From the NCBI GenBank assembly GCA_900617105.1, contig UYFQ01000566.1:1-59079 (forward strand): a stretch of 59,079 nucleotides of DNA. Direction: 5' to 3'. Numbering within the stretch: position 1 is the stretch's first letter; every line of letters begins with the position of its first letter. Below, piece by piece: positions 54,701 to 59,079 of the stretch. Source of the stretch: Hydrurus foetidus (Eukaryota). The position numbers and the translations under genes were made by a program. The notes under the pieces are model-generated. The model saw nothing but the letters and a program-made list of their open reading frames with translations. It was not told the DNA's origin and ran no database searches.

Positions 54701-57700
54701 GCTGAATAATCAGATGCCATAATCAGTGTCGTCTTTAACCTCACATCAGTAGACATTTTTTCGTATACATTTCTTCTGGCTTGTGAACTCATGATATCAT
54801 TGAAATGATGTACCAAATATTTTTGGGTGCACTTGAGAAAGTGTTCACCGAATTCTCTTAATTTCATTTCTACCTCCTCCATCTCTTTCTGAAATCCACC
54901 AGATCTGACTTGCTCTGTGTACATTTTTACTTTAACTACCACTTCAATTTCAGCACCGTCATTATCGACGCATTTAAATTCACATTCACATGGGGAATGG
55001 AGACCTGCCACCAATGTGTGGACAAGACCATTCACTGATTCAGATGCAGAATTGGGGCTGCTAAAACGTGAGTCTATCCCACAATCAGTGCATTTCGACT
55101 CGCAACATGATTTTTTATACCAACTAAAACCGGGTTCGTCTTTTCTCGTAGGCAAACTTCTCGCCTGCTTTTCTTTTTTCAATCGCTTGGAAGATCCTTT
55201 TAATAAAAAAGGAATAAAAGAATAAAACAAAAGCAAAAAGAAGAATAAATGAAAAAAACGAAAAGATCTACGTGAAAAGATGATAAGGTGAATGATGAAC
55301 TTCAAATTTTGGGTTATGATATTATTATACAAATTATGCATTTGATGTTATAACAAATTATGCATTTTATCACCTTTTTTGGCTCCACTTGCCCAATAAT
55401 TTTCATCATCTTTCAGTTTGCTAGCCGTTGCAGCTTCGATATTGGCAGCTTGCGAAATGGCAAGTTTTTCTTTGTATGAATTATTGCCGTCAGAGATTTT
55501 AATGGCTAATTCATCCCTCTGGATCTGAGGACACAGCAGGTATTTCATAAAAAGTTGCGGTGATTTTGATGCCATCGCATACAATTCTGCTGATAACGAA
55601 CCTTTTTGATGCTGTTTACATTCCGTTAATTGACATTTTTCAATTGATGCCCGTACGTTCCTATCCTTCTTTCTCATATTTACATCCCAAGTTAGTAAGC
55701 AGTGTTTGAATTCTGCTATGATTTCATCCGCTGTATCCCTCTGCTTTGCAAGAGTCATACAGGGGCATATGAGTTCTCGAAATCTCCTTATTGACAAATC
55801 TCTATTACTGTTTTCTAATCTTTGCCTTGCACCGTATTCTGACGACTTAAAATGGCTGTACATTTCTGCAACTGTGTATTGATATGAGCGTACACTTTCA
55901 TATTGAAATCCTCCTAGTGGCTGCTCTATCATCACTTTTTGCTTTGATAACTTCAATGTATCCAATCTGCCACCCCATTGACTTTCATGGCAAAATCTTT
56001 GCACTTCCACACCAGTTATCAAATCACTCCTTGTCTTTCTGAATTTTCTCGAAATATAGGGCCTGTATCTATTGATGCTCGACTTTTTTACCCCTTCACC
56101 ACGCTTTGCTCTTTTTCTTTTGCCGCTATTATCATCTATAGACACCGATTCTTCTGAATACACTGTCTCAGAATCACTGTCAATGTTATTTTGATTTATG
56201 ATTACCTCATTATTCTCACTGTTAGCTTGATCTTCATTTAGTACGTCATTCACTGCGTTATTAACATTGATTGCCTCTGATTCATTCTTAGCTTTTACTG
56301 TTTCCTCATTGAACTTTTTTCTTAATTCTTTTCCATATTGTAGCGTTCTCTTTGAGAGGCCAGTAGCTCTCATTAACTTCGCCACAGAGACGCCACCAGA
56401 TAGTGCAAGAGCCAGGCCCTCTAGATACTTTATTTGCTCTATGTCATTACTTCCATATTCTCGCATATCATCTACTAAGCTTCTTACATTTGATATTATT
56501 GTGTGCGTCACGTCTACTGTTTCATTAGTGCCGACTTTATTTCCCATTCGTCGTAACACATCCTGTATAACTTGATTCTGTAAATTAATATTCTTCGATA
56601 ATTCTGTTGACTCAATCAAGAGTGAGATACTTCTTTCTAGCTCTGAAGCATACTTCGCTAATGATTTTGCACTGTATACTGCTTTCTTGGACAGTCTTCT
56701 CTTCAGAGAAGGTGGGATCTTCACTTTTATAGCAGCAAAGTCATTCTCAATCATGAGATTGAGATTGGTTTCTGATTGGGCTTTCCGATTCAGATCGCCT
56801 GCAATGGCGACATCACCCACCAATTGTGATATTGGAGCTGGCGTAATGACTGTTAAAAGCTCTTCTCTCCGTAACTGGTTTACGTCAGAAAGTGGCACCA
56901 GCAAGTTGAATGAGAGCTTGCAATTGATGCCACCAGGAGAGGTGCCCCATTCGAGATGCAGTAGCAAACGAAATGCCAGAGTCAACTTATCTCTCTTAAT
57001 AAACCTTACAAAATCGTTCAGCAGTGTGATATCAGTGACTCCACAAAACGACAAAAAGTCAACTGCAGGTATTGTGATTCGGCCATCTCCGGTCATTAAA
57101 ACGGAGATATGGGGCTCAAAACGACAGCGCTGCAGTGATTTAAAAGCAGCTATGACAGCATTTAGATTCGCCATCGTGACAACTAGGTCCTTAGGAGCAA
57201 AGTGATGCAAAGAATGTTGCTAGGTTGGCTTCTATTGAGAGACTGCGCCCGCTGATAACTGCGGCATTTATTTGAATTTTTGAATTTCACGATGTTTACA
57301 CGGTGTTTGGACCATTTTCTTAAATTCCAAACCTGAGTGAAGGTCCGCCCAGATTATCCGTTCCGGTGCACACGGATTTACCTTTTTTGGAAAATGTCCG
57401 GATTTCCACCTATCTTCATCAATATTGCGATTCAAGACCGCAAAATATGATTTTCGGATTCAGCATGATTTTTTAAGCAGACAGAGATCCCAAAATATTG
57501 TCTTTGGAAGAAAATCGATGAAGTGCAGCTGTCCAAAGTGGCGAAGGTTGAAAAATCAGCCGCTTATAACTATTTTCCAACTTATCGATAGCAAAATGTA
57601 AATTGAGCAGAATGCGCAGATAAGCCAGCGCATTAATCAGAGCTTTCGAGCGGCACGATTGGATTCGTAAAAGTGCATAATTTAGCCAAAAAACATCCAA

Positions 57701-58198
57701 AAAAGCAGTAAAAGTTGATATTTTCCGAACACGGAAATAAAAGAAAGGGCACTCGACGGTATCAATCTATTTAATTTTGAAATTATGATAGGTGCCGATT
57801 ATGATAAGGCCGATCATTTTGGCAATTGTGACAGAGTTGACCGCGTAAGTTCTGATTGGTGATCATGAGTGCCCAACGAAAGATGGACATGAGAAACTTC
57901 TTTAACACAGTGAAAAGAAAGGGTGAACATATCGCAAATATGGCAGTCCAGCAATATCGAGATGAGGCCAAGGAGGAATTGGATGTTGCTATGAGAGAAG
58001 GCGTTAAGGAAGATGAAATCGAAGAAGAAATAAACGCTGAGATGGGTTTAGAAGCAGTTGAAGAATAAGTAAAATATTTAATAAAGTCATACTACCTAAA
58101 AATCGTCTTTTTTTAAACCGTCAGTGGTTCTCCGGCACTGCCCATCGAAAAATGTCGATTATGAGCCAAACCGGTTATGAGATACCCGGACTCTACGT
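51769..58198. mobile_element. 6.4-kb cut-and-paste DNA transposon, Sola2-like transposase, 31-bp perfect TIRs, TA TSD
   Basis: TA|ACGTAGAGTCCGGGTATCTCATAACCGGTTT at 51767-51799 and its exact reverse complement at 58168-58200. There are additional subterminal inverted blocks and one large spliced ORF inside. Confidence 0.9.
53193..57174 (-). CDS. Sola2-like DDD transposase, ~1217 aa, 3 exons (57174-55374, 55196-53900, 53748-53193)
   Basis: GT-AG introns join the three long ORFs in frame (3654 nt). Putative catalytic motifs MASDYS, MTDGAPTQFKN and TFKGEHDGVG resemble the DF(S/A)EN / SDG..SQFKN / HGKG..DG.G pattern I associate with Sola2. Cys clusters CCESKCTDCG and CSCDNC. NLS-like KRKRAKR. 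Confidence 0.8.
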
Positions 58199-58231
58199 TA
58201 TTGTGCTTTGACTTTTTTAGACCGTTCCTTA

Positions 58232-59079
58232 GGTCGGTCCATATGGTAAAACGAAATACGAAATACAAAACATCTAAAAGTCCATTTTTGTACTTCGTAT
58301 TTCGTCCAGTCACGTTTGTTATGAAACGACGAAATACAAAATTAATCGTTTTTTTAATTTGTATGGTTGTCGTTCCGTATGCAATTTCGAAATACTAAAC
58401 ACCAATCTGAGTGAGCTGTCGACAACACTCGTAGTCATTATTATATTATTCAAACGATGAAGCGTTCCGCCGCTCCTAGTAATACGCATCCTTCGGAAGC
58501 GTCCAAGAAAATGACGCCGACGAAAGTCGTTGAGTCTTCCGTTGTCAAGAAGGAAATAAAGCCTCTGAAGGTCGTAGATAAATCTTGTCCGCCACCTCCG
58601 ATCAACGCCAAACAGCAGAAAGCCTTCGACCATCTTTTGTCAGCAGCAGCTTACAACTCGGTATTGGGAGGAAACACGGACAGCACTGAGGGACTTCGAG
58701 AATTATGTGCCAGATATTATCATGGATTCGATGAAGATAACATCGGTGTAGCTGCTAGTTTTCTCCAGGGCGACGGACGATTCGGCGTCTTATGGGATGA
58801 TGACGTTATTGCTCCAGGCTTTGGCCATTTGTCTGGATTGTCTCATGCACAACTGAGCTACTACATCCTTCGTCCAACGCTCAAAGGCAAAAATTTGATA
58901 ACGGGCCGACAAATTCTTGAGAAAGGCAGAGCGTGTTTGATGGAAGCGAAAAAAATGTTGGCATTGTGGATTGAGTTTCTAATCGATGGTCAAATGCCGA
59001 GTGGAATGAATGAAAATAATGCTTTACAGCATGTCTTGAAGAGAGCGCGTGCTCTGACCTCCAGTGAGGTGGTGGAAGA
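58232..59079. mobile_element. Left end of a further PIF/Harbinger element (continues beyond the window)
   Basis: TTA|GGTCGGTCCATATGG matches 11/15 of the TIR at 2937 (GGCCAGTTCTTATGG) and follows a Harbinger-type TTA site. Subterminal ACGAAATAC repeats form a hairpin at 58251-58305. A homolog of the Harbinger partner gene follows. Confidence 0.72.
58457..59079 (+). CDS. Harbinger partner protein homolog (partial, open to the window end)
   Basis: Not in the ORF track. Open for 207 codons from the ATG at 58457: MKRSAAPSN...STEGLRELCARYYH...ITGRQILEKGRACLMEAKKMLALWIEFLIDGQMPSGMNENNALQHVLKRA. It aligns with the 3167 ORF. Confidence 0.8.
   Translation, partial: MKRSAAPSNTHPSEASKKMTPTKVVESSVVKKEIKPLKVVDKSCPPPPINAKQQKAFDHLLSAAAYNSVLGGNTDSTEGLRELCARYYHGFDEDNIGVAASFLQGDGRFGVLWDDDVIAPGFGHLSGLSHAQLSYYILRPTLKGKNLITGRQILEKGRACLMEAKKMLALWIEFLIDGQMPSGMNENNALQHVLKRARALTSSEVVE

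Noticed and set aside
56687..57205. 172-aa plus-strand ORF inside the Sola-like element
   Set aside because: It is an antisense shadow of transposase exon 1.

Overview
This is a eukaryotic, intron-rich window. It is most likely from a flagellated, photosynthetic stramenopile (ochrophyte), inferred from a plastid-type bipartite leader, an ochrophyte-type delta-12 desaturase and NME7. A gene-dense core (about 6.6-51.5 kb) sits between two transposon clusters. The left cluster has a truncated PIF/Harbinger transposase fused head-to-head to a 5'-truncated Ty1/Copia RT-RNaseH. A complete two-gene Harbinger (28-bp TIRs, TGA TSD) is inserted in the probable Copia 3' LTR. The core encodes a secreted Cys-rich repeat protein, a very large WD40/EF-hand-like gene, Clp1, glyoxalase II, delta-12 desaturase, a double GST-N/glutaredoxin protein, NDK, RPS12, a multi-cNMP-domain protein, NME7, an SVOP-like MFS transporter, a Gly/His-rich protein and eIF1A. 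The eIF1A intron carries two identical box C/D snoRNA candidates with an 18S-complementary guide. The right cluster has an apparently intact 6.4-kb DNA transposon with a ~1217-aa Sola2-like DDD transposase, but a TA TSD and an unusual asymmetric subterminal architecture. About 30 bp later comes the left end of another Harbinger, whose first ORF is homologous to the non-Myb-looking partner protein of the left-hand Harbinger. All calls come from manual reading, and no database searches were run.
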